64,000 bases of DNA. Source: Ktedonobacterales bacterium. Lineage in GTDB: Bacteria; Chloroflexota; Ktedonobacteria; Ktedonobacterales; JACDGC01. Where the stretch lies: positions 451 to 64,450 of the forward strand of contig JACDGC010000001.1 in NCBI GenBank assembly GCA_013815535.1, given 5' to 3'. Each line of letters begins with the position of its first letter. The stretch's first letter is position 1. Below, piece by piece: positions 63,075 to 64,000 of this stretch. The position numbers and the translations under genes were made by a program. The notes under the pieces were generated by a model. That model was given only the letters and a program-made list of their open reading frames with translations. It did no database searches and had not been told where the DNA came from.

Positions 63075-63680
63075 CTATGTGTCGTATTCACGGGGATCGT
63101 GTGGGCAGACATGCTGAAATGCGCGGGCGAAGCGCTGGACGATATCCCAGACTGCGCGATGTGAACGCCCAAACTGTGCCGCAATCTCACTGAGCGAGGC
63201 GTCGGCCTGCCGCCAAATGGCGAGAATGGCGTGGTCATCGGGAGGCACGCGCTCAAGAGCGAGATAGAAATAGCGGTCGAAATCTACGACGTCATCGAGG
63301 TGGGCGCAGACATCCTCGGCGGCCAGTTCCTCGGCCAACTCGTCGCTGAGCGAGATATCCTGATGCAAATGGCGGCGGTCGCGCGTCTGATACTGCTTCA
63401 CGCGGTTGCGGGCGAAGCGGAAGATGTAGGCACGGGGGTCGATGCCCCGATCATGGAACTCGCCCGCACGAATTGCTTCGGTCACGGCACGCCAGATCTC
63501 CTGGTGACAGTCGAGACGGGCCTCGCCGTCGGGGATCTGCTGGCGGAGGTAGGTCATGAGTTGCGCTTGCAAGCGCACGACCAGGGCGTCAAGGGCGGCG
63601 AGTCGTTCGTCGAGCGGTCGGGCGGCATCCAGACGGATCGCCAATTCTTCGGGGGGCACCAGCTGGGGGATGTGGGCCAT
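63075..63680 (-). CDS. ECF-type sigma-70 family RNA polymerase sigma factor
   Basis: Region 2-like DCHQEIWRAVTEAIRAGEFHDRGIDPRAYIFRFARNRVKQY and region 4 HTH ASLSEIAAQFGRSHRAVWDIVQRFARAF. The preferred start is MAHIPQL (63680). Confidence 0.7.
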   Translation of the reverse strand: MAHIPQLVPPEELAIRLDAARPLDERLAALDALVVRLQAQLMTYLRQQIPDGEARLDCHQEIWRAVTEAIRAGEFHDRGIDPRAYIFRFARNRVKQYQTRDRRHLHQDISLSDELAEELAAEDVCAHLDDVVDFDRYFYLALERVPPDDHAILAIWRQADASLSEIAAQFGRSHRAVWDIVQRFARAFQHVCPHDPREYDT

Positions 63681-63861
63681 CGTCTCCTCACCCATTTCGT
63701 GGGGGCGCATGCGCCGATGTTGTCTGTCAACAAAGGCCCTGAGGAGGTGGGTGTTTTGCCCGGTTGGTGCAAAAGTGGTGGAGACATTGACACCGGCGGA
63801 TTCGCCGCGCGTGTCTTATAAGGGAGGCTCAGCATGCCAGGGTAACGTGGAGCGCAGTGGT

Positions 63862-63908
63862 GCAAGCACGGAGAGAAGGCCATCATGCCGTCTTCTCTCC
63901 GTGCTTGC
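63862..63908 (+). terminator. 17-bp perfect-stem hairpin followed by a T-rich tract
   Basis: gcaagcacggagagaag ... cttctctccgtgcttgc, followed by tttggtttg on the plus strand. No convincing plus-strand gene ends here, so its role is unclear. Confidence 0.35.
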
Positions 63909-64000
63909 TTTGGTTTGCCGACCCTACCTTGTCATTTCCCACGCCTGGAGATGCCCGTAAGTCGTCGTAGCTGCGAGACGTCGGCCATCGGGTGACTAGG

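Noticed and set aside
1-64000. Search for CRISPR arrays, tRNA/rRNA/tmRNA genes, reverse transcriptases (retron, DGR, group II intron) and integrases.
   Set aside because: No regularly spaced short repeats were seen. No cloverleaf-like or rRNA-like segments were recognised. No YxDD RT motif was found. No tyrosine or serine recombinase catalytic domain was found: the only recombinase-like ORF, at 1-1012, lacks the catalytic domain within the window. Visual scanning could miss a tRNA.

Overview
This is a high-GC window, roughly 60-65% by eye, with AT-richer patches at about 37.28-37.38 kb, 50.88-51.12 kb and 53.1-60.5 kb. It looks like a monoderm, actinomycete-like or Chloroflexota-like genome, but that taxonomy is inference only. 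Almost all convincing genes lie on the minus strand, often with overlapping stop and start codons. The ORF track also holds many long Arg/Pro/Gly-rich antisense 'shadow' ORFs typical of high-GC DNA, which I do not call.

Main content, left to right:
1. A SNF2 helicase, SWIM zinc-finger and recombinase-domain/pRiA4b-ORF3 operon (1-5.1 kb).
2. An in-frame MFS-UbiA fusion, a second membrane protein, and an orphan IS3 OrfA-like HTH.
3. A secreted-protein island with tandem beta/gamma-crystallin-like paralogs, a LysM-CHAP hydrolase and an S53 sedolisin.
4. A complete monoderm-type conjugation/T4SS module: VirB6-like protein, CHAP-glucosaminidase hydrolase, VirB2-like pilin, PrgI/VirB3-like protein, VirB4, coupling ATPase, Replic_Relax-like protein, YihY and RecD2. 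It is bracketed by a 97-bp direct repeat (18102-18198 and 34822-34918). The internal 16-nt block of that repeat is reverse-complemented between the two copies.
5. An apparently intact IscB (Cas9-ancestor RuvC/HNH nuclease) with a roughly 400-nt structured upstream region that is a candidate omega-RNA.
6. An HxlR/NmrA regulator-enzyme pair, followed by an operon ordered response regulator, cytochrome P450, histidine kinase.
7. An accessory region (49.7-64 kb) with umuDC behind an SOS-like box, a DinB-RNase HI fusion, a WD40 protein, a TIR-WD40 protein, an HNH nuclease coupled to a PHAX-like RNA-binding protein, and an ECF-type sigma factor.

I recognised no rRNA, tRNA or CRISPR array. All domain calls rest on motif recognition by eye. 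No searches or computations were run.
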